Shown here: positions 1 to 8,118 of the stretch, one piece after another
Position numbering within the stretch: position 1 is the stretch's first letter
Layout of the letters: each line of letters begins with the position of its first letter
Assembly: GCA_018260615.1 (NCBI GenBank)
Contig: JAGWDQ010000104.1
Coordinates: 1,845 to 31,527, forward strand
Source of the DNA: Candidatus Altarchaeum sp.
Lineage (GTDB): Archaea; Altiarchaeota; Altiarchaeia; Altiarchaeales; Altiarchaeaceae
Direction of reading: 5' to 3'
DNA length: 29,683 nt
Notes under the pieces: model-generated
What the model saw: only the letters and a program-made list of their open reading frames with translations
Told to the model about the DNA's origin: nothing
The model's database searches: none
Position numbers and translations under genes: made by a program

Positions 1-80
1 TTTTATTTTTATATCTGTATTGTTAATTTGTATTCTTATTATTTTAAGATGAAAATTTTGTTTATCCATGCGGACTACAT
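1..80 (+). repeat. Shortest copy of the thrS 5' region (upstream sequence plus the first ~11 codons, ATG at 49)
   Basis: 1-80 is identical to 2442-2521 (ttttatttttatatctgtattg...atgaaaattttgtttatccatgcggactacat). It reads MKILFIHADYI, then diverges to TAA at 124-126, just before the ATG at 129. The copy may extend beyond the window edge. Confidence 0.9.
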
Positions 81-128
81 TGTAACAAAAAATCAGGCAT
101 CATATGTTTTATCTTCATCATTATAAAG

Positions 129-1091
129 ATGGATATTCAAGAGATTTTAAGTTTTAGTTTTATTTTTCCATTGGCCGCAGGAATTATTTTCGGATTTTTA
201 GTTTTGTATATGTTTCGTGAAGATGTCCAGAAGGATAATTACCTTGTATGTGTATCAGGGTATATGAATATCAGAAGTTCTCGTATGAAACCTTTATTAT
301 TTTCGGATTTTGATAATATTCCTAATGCTGCAAACCTGGTTGAAAAATATAGTTTTGACAGTGATCCTAGTATAAGGGTGAAAATTGTAGATGTGATAGA
401 TGCGCATTTTGACAAGATTCCGAATGCCGGAGAAATTATTAAAAGACTTTCTTATGATCAAAATCAGTATGTAAAATATTCGGTTGCAGATGTGATAGAC
501 AGGCATTTTGACAAGATTCCGAATGCCGGAGAAATTATTAAAACATTTTCTTATTTCCCTAAAGATGTAAAAAGCGCTGTTGCTAAAGTAATAAAAAATC
601 ATTTTGATAAAATCCCTGATGCCGGAAGAATTACGGGAGAATTATCACATTCATCAGATATAGATGTAAAATTACAATGTGCAAAAATATTAAAAAAGCA
701 TTTTAATAAAATTCCTGATGCCGGAAAAATTTTTGCGGACTTATATAAATACGGCGAGACAGATGAAAATATGAATCTGCTTTCAATTGAAATATTAAGG
801 GATCATTTTAATAAAATTCCAAAAGCACCGGAGATTTTTGTAAATATATTAGGCACAGTTATGACCACTTCAACTTCAGGAGATGATGAAATTATATTCC
901 AAGATGTTATTCGTATATTTTCAAAACATTTTTATGAAATTCCAGATGCTGAAGAATTATTAGAAATTTTCATGACAATAGTAAATAAAAAAGAATACCT
1001 AAAGGAACTTTGTAAGCAACAATATTTTAAAAACTTTTTTGTCAACATTCCTAATGGGATGGAAATATTAAAAAAGAATAGAATAATATAA
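129..1091 (+). CDS. Membrane-anchored alpha-solenoid (HEAT/ARM-like) repeat protein
   Basis: N-terminal hydrophobic helix, then about 7-8 repeats of ~33-35 aa with consensus HF(D/N)KIP(N/D)A. A 41-bp exact DNA repeat at 404-444 and 503-543 gives a 99-bp period. Confidence 0.7.
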   Translation: MDIQEILSFSFIFPLAAGIIFGFLVLYMFREDVQKDNYLVCVSGYMNIRSSRMKPLLFSDFDNIPNAANLVEKYSFDSDPSIRVKIVDVIDAHFDKIPNAGEIIKRLSYDQNQYVKYSVADVIDRHFDKIPNAGEIIKTFSYFPKDVKSAVAKVIKNHFDKIPDAGRITGELSHSSDIDVKLQCAKILKKHFNKIPDAGKIFADLYKYGETDENMNLLSIEILRDHFNKIPKAPEIFVNILGTVMTTSTSGDDEIIFQDVIRIFSKHFYEIPDAEELLEIFMTIVNKKEYLKELCKQQYFKNFFVNIPNGMEILKKNRII

Positions 1092-1121
1092 AATTGTAAT
1101 GCAAAAAATAATTATTAAAAA

Positions 1122-2276
1122 ATGACATGTTGCAGGGGTAAAAAAATTATATTTTTGATTTTTGGACTGATTTTAATGTTGAGTTCAAATGTAGTCGCAT
1201 GCAATATTTATTGCTCAGATTGCACATCTTGTATAACCGCAATAAATTCCGTTTCCTCTGGACAGACGATATGTCTTAATACACCTATATTTTCTAATGA
1301 AACATGTATTAACAATCCTGCAAATTTCAACAATAAAATTTTTGATTGTCGTGTAAAAGCAATTAGTGGTAATGGAAGTGATTATGGAATTTACTTGAAA
1401 GGAAAATACAACAATACAATAAAAAATTGTATAATTTCTAATTTTAACGAAGGGATTTATTTAAGTTCTTCTGTTGAGTTTATTGGCGGATCTTATGTTG
1501 AAGTTCCTTCTTCAAACAACCTTATAACCAGTAACTTTCTGATGTTTAATAATGGAGATGGAATTTTTATAAAGGATTCTTCAAATAACATAATATCTGA
1601 TAACTACATATATCAATCATCCTGTAATGTTGGTTGTGGTGGAATTTCGCTATGGTGGTCAACAGATAATTACATAATCAATAATAACATAACTTCAAAT
1701 ACTAATGGAATTTATCTCAAGGAATCGTCAAATAATTTCATTTATAATAATTTCTTTGATAATTGGCATAATATCGCTTTTGAAGGAAATGTATCTCACA
1801 TTAATTACTGGAATACAACAAAAAAACAAGGAAAAAATATAATTGGCGGTTCGTATCTGGGTGGAAATTTCTGGAGTGAATTTAGTAATAACTTGACAAG
1901 TTGTAATCCCAATAATGGATTTTGCCAAAATATTTTTTCCATTTCAACAAACAATATTGATAAATTGCCTTTAACTATGTTGTGCTTATCAAACAATAGC
2001 TGTTTAAGCACAGAAGCGTGCAACATGACAACACATACATGTCAAAATCTAAACTGCCCGGAAAATGAAACTCTATTTAACCATACTTGTGTAAAATGTA
2101 ATTTATTTGACTTTGATAATAATACAGAAGTTGATATTTTTGATGCGGTTATAGCATTAGAATATATAAGTAAAGGAGAAATACAAATTGCAAATTTATG
2201 CACTACTCCTGAAGGAAAAATTGATTTAATGGATGTTTTGCGTTTAATTGAAAAAATAGGATTATGTTCTATATAA
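1122..2276 (+). CDS. Secreted right-handed beta-helix (CASH/NosD-like) protein with C-terminal dockerin-like domain
   Basis: Signal peptide; repeats of the GIYL..S.NN.I..N type; GGNFWS motif; C-terminal DFDNNTEVDIFDAV...IDLMDV pair. The N-terminal CINNPANFNNKIFDC segment is paralogous to CIDNPAGFNNKVFDC in the 1612-aa ORF. Confidence 0.75.
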   Translation: MTCCRGKKIIFLIFGLILMLSSNVVACNIYCSDCTSCITAINSVSSGQTICLNTPIFSNETCINNPANFNNKIFDCRVKAISGNGSDYGIYLKGKYNNTIKNCIISNFNEGIYLSSSVEFIGGSYVEVPSSNNLITSNFLMFNNGDGIFIKDSSNNIISDNYIYQSSCNVGCGGISLWWSTDNYIINNNITSNTNGIYLKESSNNFIYNNFFDNWHNIAFEGNVSHINYWNTTKKQGKNIIGGSYLGGNFWSEFSNNLTSCNPNNGFCQNIFSISTNNIDKLPLTMLCLSNNSCLSTEACNMTTHTCQNLNCPENETLFNHTCVKCNLFDFDNNTEVDIFDAVIALEYISKGEIQIANLCTTPEGKIDLMDVLRLIEKIGLCSI

Positions 2277-2830
2277 ACGGAGACATAATAAATCTTCATA
2301 AAAATTGTGTTTAAGCCACATAATAATTCAATTTTCATACCTAATTGGTCTATAAAACGAGGGCAAAAAAACATATAGGGTCTGCCGTGTAATTATGAAA
2401 TTTAAATAAATTTTTGTTTCAATTCATTTAGCACAACTAAATTTTATTTTTATATCTGTATTGTTAATTTGTATTCTTATTATTTTAAGATGAAAATTTT
2501 GTTTATCCATGCGGACTACATAAAGATAGAGGTTAAGAAAAAAGCAATCGCAGATGCAGATGAAATAAATGAGAAAAATTTGGAAGCAAAAGAATGTTTA
2601 ATTGTATTTACAGCAGTTGAAAAGGACGACGAGAAAAACAAGACCGAAATTTTAAACAAAACAATAGACAATATTAAGGATGTTTATAGCAAGGTTAATG
2701 CAAAAAGTATAGTTGTTTATCCTTATGCCCACCTTTCAGGCAATCTGGCAAGTCCGAAATTTGCAAAGGAAATGCTTCGGGATATCTATGAAAATTTAAA
2801 ACAACAAAATTTAGGTGTAATTAAGGCACC

Positions 2831-3281
2831 CTATAGCGCCAAAACTCCGTTGGATGTAAAACAGCGGCATCCGTCAAAATGATGGAAACGCCAATAAATA
2901 TCTATTTTGATTAACATAAATATCCTTTTAAATATGCAATACATGAGTATCGGCCAAATTAAAAAAATTAACCAAATTAATTATTACCACATTTATATAA
3001 AATGAACATATAAATGGTAATGTTTATTTTCATCAAATATTAAAATAACTGATAATCATGAAATATTAATATTTTTATATCAAAATCTAATTACATTTTA
3101 CATTATTCCGTAAAATTTGAAACTAATTTTTATTAGTGAGGCACTGTCTTGTTATGAATTATTTTATACTCGGACAAAATGATTTAAAATTATTATCACT
3201 ATATAGGGATGGATTATGGACATATATTGCACATGTCTCCCAGAATTATGCCATAATTCCAACGGCATTTTGACGCTATAA
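2831..3281. mobile_element. 451-bp MITE-like non-autonomous insertion, family unassigned
   Basis: 8-bp target duplication aaggcacc at 2823-2830 and 3282-3289. Imperfect 24-bp terminal inverted repeats, ctatagcgccaaaactccgttgga versus revcomp ttatagcgtcaaaatgccgttgga (20/24). AT-rich interior with no transposase ORF. Confidence 0.88.
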
Positions 3282-3416
3282 AAGGCACCGTTCGGATATT
3301 ATAAAGGGTTTGAAGTCAAATGTAATGATGGGAATTCGCATCCGCTTAGTAAATTATGTGAATCATGCAAAACCAAAGTTGAAAAAGAAAACACAGAAAT
3401 TAAGATAACACAAGGA

Positions 3417-3644
3417 ATGGAAAATGTAATGAAAGTATTATCTTATAATGACGTTGTGGTGGTTAAAACACTATTGTTTCATGGATGTATGAGGAGAAGA
3501 AATGAAATTGCAAGAGGAACCGGAATTTCAAGGTCAAGTTTATCTAATACATTAAGAAAATTGGAAGAAAATAAAGTTGTTGAAATAGACCGAACATTTA
3601 GGGCTCACACAATAAAACTAACTGGCTGGTTTAAATCATTATGA
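3417..3644 (+). CDS. wHTH domain of cassette A, possibly expressed alone after the MITE insertion
   Basis: RNEIARGTGISRSSLSNTLRKLEENKVVEIDR...IKLTGWF is a typical archaeal MarR/TrmB-like winged helix. In-frame ATGs at 3417 and 3429. Confidence 0.6.
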   Translation: MENVMKVLSYNDVVVVKTLLFHGCMRRRNEIARGTGISRSSLSNTLRKLEENKVVEIDRTFRAHTIKLTGWFKSL

Positions 3645-3659
3645 ATCATAAAAAACCAA

Positions 3660-3720
3660 AACAATAAATGGAACAAAAGTTCATATCACATTTAATTTAT
3701 TGTTCGGTACTATTTATATA
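3660..3720 (+). promoter_or_regulatory. Putative operator plus TATA box of the secreted-protein gene (copy A)
   Basis: 10-bp inverted repeat aacaataaat (3660-3669) / atttattgtt (3695-3704) encloses gaac-aaaa-gttc (3671-3682). TTTATATA lies at 3713-3720, 44 bp before ATG 3764. Confidence 0.55.
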
Positions 3721-3763
3721 TCAATTAATAAAAAATAAAATTAAAACATAAAAAAGTAAGAAG

Positions 3764-4159
3764 ATGGATAAATTAAAAACAGGGTTTTTGGTGGTGTTGG
3801 TTGGAATGATAGTAGCAGGAATGGCAATAAGTGGAGTGACAGGATATAAGTACACAGCAAGTTGTAAGCATACCTCAACAAACTGGTTTGGAACGGAAGT
3901 ATACGATGGCGAAGAGGGATATGCTTATTGCGATGTATATCAGGAAAATGGAAATACCTGGAGATGGCATATTGATTCTAGCATAGATGATGAAATAACT
4001 GGAACGTTTTATTCCGCTAGCTTTGGCGTCCAAGCAAAAGGTTATGATGGATATTTGAATGAATGTTGCAGTTGTTATAATGGATATAATGTAGCATGGG
4101 GGTTTGGAGGATATAACAGAAATTGTGGCTATCACGAGTGCATGGCTGCATGTGGATAA
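3764..4159 (+). CDS. Cassette A variable secreted Cys/Tyr/Gly-rich protein (131 aa, ~104 aa mature, 8 Cys)
   Basis: Shared leader MDKLKTGFLVVLVG, hydrophobic core, probable signal peptidase site VTG-Y; the mature part is unique to this cassette. Confidence 0.8.
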   Translation: MDKLKTGFLVVLVGMIVAGMAISGVTGYKYTASCKHTSTNWFGTEVYDGEEGYAYCDVYQENGNTWRWHIDSSIDDEITGTFYSASFGVQAKGYDGYLNECCSCYNGYNVAWGFGGYNRNCGYHECMAACG

Positions 4160-4202
4160 TAAAAGAGAGGAATTACAGATAGAAAAATATCGCTTGTGAA
4201 TA

Positions 4203-4252
4203 TTTTTTAACTTTTTATTTTTTCTTTATTTTTCTTCTTTTTATTTTTTTTT
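4203..4252 (+). terminator. Oligo-T tract, probable archaeal terminator after the secreted-protein gene
   Basis: Long T-rich run. Similar tracts follow the cassette B (~9367-9384) and cassette C (~11104-11129) secreted genes. Confidence 0.4.
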
Positions 4253-4350
4253 AATTATCGAAGTTTTATGTATTTCAGTATGTATTTATCTATCTAATTA
4301 AAATAAAAAATTAAATTATAGGTGTAAATTTTTCAAAATGCAAATTTAAA

Positions 4351-5235
4351 ATGAAATCATTAAAAAAATATATCATTCTAATTGCTATATTTTTTATTAT
4401 TTTAGCAGGTATAATATTATACACACAGATAGGAAAGCAAGGTTCATCTGATTTTATGAATTTTTCACAAAATATATCTAATGATACATCTCAAGAATCT
4501 GAAACACAAATAATAATAGGAAAGAATATTGAATTTTCCACGACTAAAACAAACACTCTTGAAAATCTTCCATATACTTCAAAACCAAAATTTAAAATTG
4601 GAGAAAAATATACATATCAAGCAAGGAATACAGGTCCTTCTAATAAAATAGTGGAAGATTTGCGAAAACGTCCAGGCACTATTATTTATGACTATATGAC
4701 TTATCCCATAACATTTTCTGTAGAGAAAATTGAACGGATAAACAAAACAGATTATTATTTAATTTCAACCGAGGGTTCTGGGGAAGTAATTCTTGGAGTT
4801 ATAAAAGATAAGGAAGGAATGCAACGACCATTTACAACTACAAAATTTCATCTTACTAAATATTACATAAACACGGAAAATGGAGAAATATTATTTAAAG
4901 AAGGTGGCGATCCAATAGGTTTTCTTAGAATATATGAGCCAAGAATGTTAAAATTATCCGAAGGTTTAAAATGGCAAGAAAGAAGCGAAACCAATGCCAC
5001 AAACGAACAAACAATTAATGAAGAAAGTTGTGAAGTTAAAGATGTTGAGGAAATTAATGGAAAAAAGTGTTTTAAGGTTGAATGCAGAGTAAAGCAATGC
5101 AAAAATGAAGAATGTAAAGTAGTATATAGAAAATTATATTGGGTGGATATGGAAAAAAGGTTAACCTTAAAATTTCAATTATGGTATGAAAATCTTCAAA
5201 CAATGGATGTATCTCTTATTAACTATGAGAAATGA
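4351..5235 (+). CDS. Membrane-anchored extracellular protein with LolA-like beta repeats; paralog of 11159-12034
   Basis: N-terminal TM helix; motifs KPKFKIGEKYTY, VEKIERINKTDYYLI, EEINGKKCFKVE and YWVDMEKR match the 291-aa ORF. Its stop overlaps the next start (ATGA 5232-5235). The fold call is by motif resemblance only. Confidence 0.7.
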   Translation: MKSLKKYIILIAIFFIILAGIILYTQIGKQGSSDFMNFSQNISNDTSQESETQIIIGKNIEFSTTKTNTLENLPYTSKPKFKIGEKYTYQARNTGPSNKIVEDLRKRPGTIIYDYMTYPITFSVEKIERINKTDYYLISTEGSGEVILGVIKDKEGMQRPFTTTKFHLTKYYINTENGEILFKEGGDPIGFLRIYEPRMLKLSEGLKWQERSETNATNEQTINEESCEVKDVEEINGKKCFKVECRVKQCKNEECKVVYRKLYWVDMEKRLTLKFQLWYENLQTMDVSLINYEK

Positions 5236-7157
5236 ACTTTAAAATAATGTTGATAATAGTAGGAATTATTGGAATCATTAGTATGTATGTGGGATTGACA
5301 TATATTCAGGAAGATTATTTTCATCACCCGGTTAAAGAAAATACTACTAACAACAAATTCAATGAAACAATTAATAATCTCTCAAATACTCGTACAAGTG
5401 AAAAAACAAATGTGGGAAATAAGGAAAATGCAACTAATAAAATTAACAATCTTAACAACGTCTCTGCGACGACTTTGCACAACATAGATAAAAGTATCAA
5501 GGAAAACTTTACTTATATTAAAGCATATACTTATAAATATATTGCTGCAAAACATATAGGGCAACCCGATGAGAGAAAATCTTACGAAGCCAATGTAACG
5601 ACACAAATAAGAGAAACAAAGGAAATTGATAGTAAGAAATCCATAGTTGTAGAAAGTAAAACACATCCTTCAAGTGATTTGATAACATTTCACAGATCAG
5701 AATCCCCTCCTCCGGCAATAGGGATGTATGTATCTCTTTATACTTGTTCCCAATGTGAGATAAAATCTTGCGGTGGCTATTTCTGGGACAGTGTTGAATA
5801 TGTAAATGATATGTACATAAAAATAATATGGGTTCCGTGGGGAATAAAATACAAAAAGGAAAATGGCAGCATATATGAAAAATTGGAATTATGCCCAGAA
5901 AATGCAATAACTGTTATTTACTCATCAAATTCTACTGATTATGTTTATTCTTATTGGGTCGGAAAAGACAAAATTTATCCTTCATTGAATAATTTAACAG
6001 ATTATACAAAATCTAATTACCCTTTAAATGATTTGTTCCACTCTGTATTAAAGATTCATCCGCTTTTTTTGCCTGGGTTTATAAATTGTACAAGAGTTAA
6101 TTTTTCAAGTACAATAGATAAAAAATTCATAGATGCTACCTGTTCAGATAACAAAGTAAAACTTACAGAGGATACGATGGGATACGAGTGGAAAACAAGA
6201 TACAACGTGACATATATAAAAACAATTGATAACAAAAACGCAATCGTTTCGTCTTATATAGATACCCAATTTTCTTATACTCCAGACAAAAATGATACTC
6301 ATCTTTTTCTTATAAGACATGATTACTCAGCATCAGAAAATCTTTTGTGGAAAGGAATAGAAAAAGTTGGAGGAAGAGAATGCTATAAAGTAGAATACTC
6401 TATTGCAGATTTGGATAATGTAATAGGGGTTGAAACTGATATATTTACAATGTGGATTGATAAGAATAGTAGCGAGATAATTGAAGGAAAACATGAGAAA
6501 ATATTTGTGTGCAACGAATGTAAAGATAAATCCAAAAAAGTTACTCCTTTCTACATGTATGATCTCATTGAAGAATACGAAAACTATAGTTATTGCGGAG
6601 ATAAGGTATGTGACTCTGCAAATAAAGAAACTCCTGAAACTTGTTGTAAGGATTGTGGTTGTAAAGACAAAAAAGAGGAGTGCAGGGATGAAATATGTAT
6701 GCTAAAAGTCAATGATGGATATATGTTTATTGACAAAACCTTTAACTATTCCGTTGTCTTGTCAAGCGAATATTACGCGAAGAAAGCCGATGAAACAAAG
6801 ATATTGTTTTATAGCAATAACGAAACTAAAAAATATTGCACATTAAATATTCAGATAGTCCCAAGCAGAGATGTTGGTGGAGCTTATAATTCCATTGAGG
6901 ATATAAAAGAACATCTTATTGAACAAATCGGAAATTATGAAAATTTAACAGAGAAAAAACTAAAAATACGCACATCACAAAATATAGATGCCTATGAAAC
7001 AACCCTTTATGAAAAGGATAACGATATAAAAAGGACGGTTATGATAGCAAAACACAACAACTATTTTTACGTCATCACCTATATTTCTACACCAAAAGAT
7101 TATACTGCAGCATACGAGGATTATAGAAAAATGGTTCAAAGTTTTGTATTTCTTTAA
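5232..7157 (+). CDS. Membrane-anchored multidomain protein (LolA-like motif, Cys-rich module, C-terminal PsbP/DcrB-like domain)
   Basis: N-terminal TM and Asn/Thr linker; GIEKVGGRECYKVEY..MWIDK; CGDKVCD..ETPETCCKDC; C-terminal FYVITYISTPKDY...RKMVQSFVF. Confidence 0.65.
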   Translation: MNFKIMLIIVGIIGIISMYVGLTYIQEDYFHHPVKENTTNNKFNETINNLSNTRTSEKTNVGNKENATNKINNLNNVSATTLHNIDKSIKENFTYIKAYTYKYIAAKHIGQPDERKSYEANVTTQIRETKEIDSKKSIVVESKTHPSSDLITFHRSESPPPAIGMYVSLYTCSQCEIKSCGGYFWDSVEYVNDMYIKIIWVPWGIKYKKENGSIYEKLELCPENAITVIYSSNSTDYVYSYWVGKDKIYPSLNNLTDYTKSNYPLNDLFHSVLKIHPLFLPGFINCTRVNFSSTIDKKFIDATCSDNKVKLTEDTMGYEWKTRYNVTYIKTIDNKNAIVSSYIDTQFSYTPDKNDTHLFLIRHDYSASENLLWKGIEKVGGRECYKVEYSIADLDNVIGVETDIFTMWIDKNSSEIIEGKHEKIFVCNECKDKSKKVTPFYMYDLIEEYENYSYCGDKVCDSANKETPETCCKDCGCKDKKEECRDEICMLKVNDGYMFIDKTFNYSVVLSSEYYAKKADETKILFYSNNETKKYCTLNIQIVPSRDVGGAYNSIEDIKEHLIEQIGNYENLTEKKLKIRTSQNIDAYETTLYEKDNDIKRTVMIAKHNNYFYVITYISTPKDYTAAYEDYRKMVQSFVFL

Positions 7158-7259
7158 AATAATATGAGTGGTTGTAATTTGTTGAACCAGAACTTCTTAT
7201 TATCAATATTAATAATTTTATTTTGTATTCTAATTGATTAAAGTTAATGCTATTTCAGA

Positions 7260-7955
7260 ATGAAAATTTTACTCATACATGCGGACTACATAAAGATAGA
7301 GGTTAAGAAAAAAGCAATCGCAGATGCAGATGAAATAAATGAGAAAAATTTGGAAGCAAAAGAATGTTTAATTGTATTTACAGCAGTTGAAAAGGACGAC
7401 GAGAAAAACAAGACCGAAATTTTAAACAAAACAATAGACAATATTAAGGATGTTTATAGCAAGGTTAATGCAAAGTCAGTTGTAATTTATCCTTATGCTC
7501 ACTTGTCAAGCAATCTGGCAAGTCCGAAATTTGCAAAGGAAATGCTTCAGGATATCTATGAAAATTTAAAGGCACAAAATTTAGATGTAATTAAAGCACC
7601 GTTCGGATATTATAAGGGATTTGAGATAAAATATAATGATGGGAATTTGCATCCGCTTAGTAAATTATGTGAATCATGCAAAACCAAAGTTGAAAAAGAA
7701 AACACAGAAATTAAGATAACACAAGGAATGGAAAATGTAATGAAAGTATTATCTTATAATGACGTTGTGGTGGTTAAAACACTATTGTTTCATGGATGTA
7801 TGAGGAGAAGAAATGAAATTGCAAGAGGAACCGGAATTTCAAGGTCAAGTTTATCTAATACATTAAGAAAATTGGAAGAAAATAAAGTTGTTGAAATAGA
7901 CCGAACATTTAGGGCTCACACAATAAAACTAACTGGCTGGTTTAAATCATTATGA
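7260..7955 (+). CDS. Cassette B: intact ThrRS editing domain-wHTH fusion protein (231 aa)
   Basis: HADY, YPYAHLS, APFGYYKGF and HPLS motifs of the archaeal editing domain, then CESC, a linker and the wHTH, in one uninterrupted frame. Confidence 0.9.
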   Translation: MKILLIHADYIKIEVKKKAIADADEINEKNLEAKECLIVFTAVEKDDEKNKTEILNKTIDNIKDVYSKVNAKSVVIYPYAHLSSNLASPKFAKEMLQDIYENLKAQNLDVIKAPFGYYKGFEIKYNDGNLHPLSKLCESCKTKVEKENTEIKITQGMENVMKVLSYNDVVVVKTLLFHGCMRRRNEIARGTGISRSSLSNTLRKLEENKVVEIDRTFRAHTIKLTGWFKSL

Positions 7956-8118
7956 ATCATAAAAAACCAAAACAATAAATGGAACAAAAGTTCATATCAC
8001 ATTTAATTTATTGTTCGGTACTATTTATATATCAATTAATAAAAAATAAAATTAAAACATAAAAAAGTAAGAAGATGGATAAATTAAAAACAGGGTTTTT
8101 GGTGGTGTTGGTTGGAAT
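7649..8118 (+). repeat. 470-bp invariant cassette core, copy B
   Basis: Identical by eye to 3338-3807 and 10367-10836. Confidence 0.95.
7971..8031 (+). promoter_or_regulatory. Putative operator plus TATA box (copy B)
   Basis: Same inverted repeat and TTTATATA as 3660-3720. Confidence 0.55.

Larger units (their letters stand above)
2490..3644 (+). pseudogene. Cassette A: ThrRS editing domain-wHTH fusion gene interrupted by a MITE
   Basis: 2490-2830 is identical to thrS 12152-12492. The frame resumes at 3282 (KAPFGYYKGFEVKCNDGNSHPLSKLCESC...) and runs into the wHTH to TGA 3644. Removing the insertion gives a gene collinear with 7260-7955. Confidence 0.9.
3338..3807 (+). repeat. 470-bp invariant cassette core, copy A (wHTH + intergenic promoter + first 14 codons of the signal peptide)
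   Basis: Identical by eye to 7649-8118 (offset 4311) and 10367-10836 (offset 7029), from gcatccgcttagtaaa to gtgttggttggaat. Confidence 0.95.

Noticed and set aside
3671-3682. gaac-N4-gttc as a LexA/DinR SOS box
   Set aside because: It matches the Gram-positive consensus, but the context is archaeal and there is no LexA evidence. Kept only as part of the local palindrome.
3764-3845. Class III (prepilin) signal peptide at KTG-FLVVL
   Set aside because: No K/R at -2, and each protein has a plausible signal peptidase I site after the hydrophobic core (VTG, ASA, VGA). Not excluded, but unsupported.
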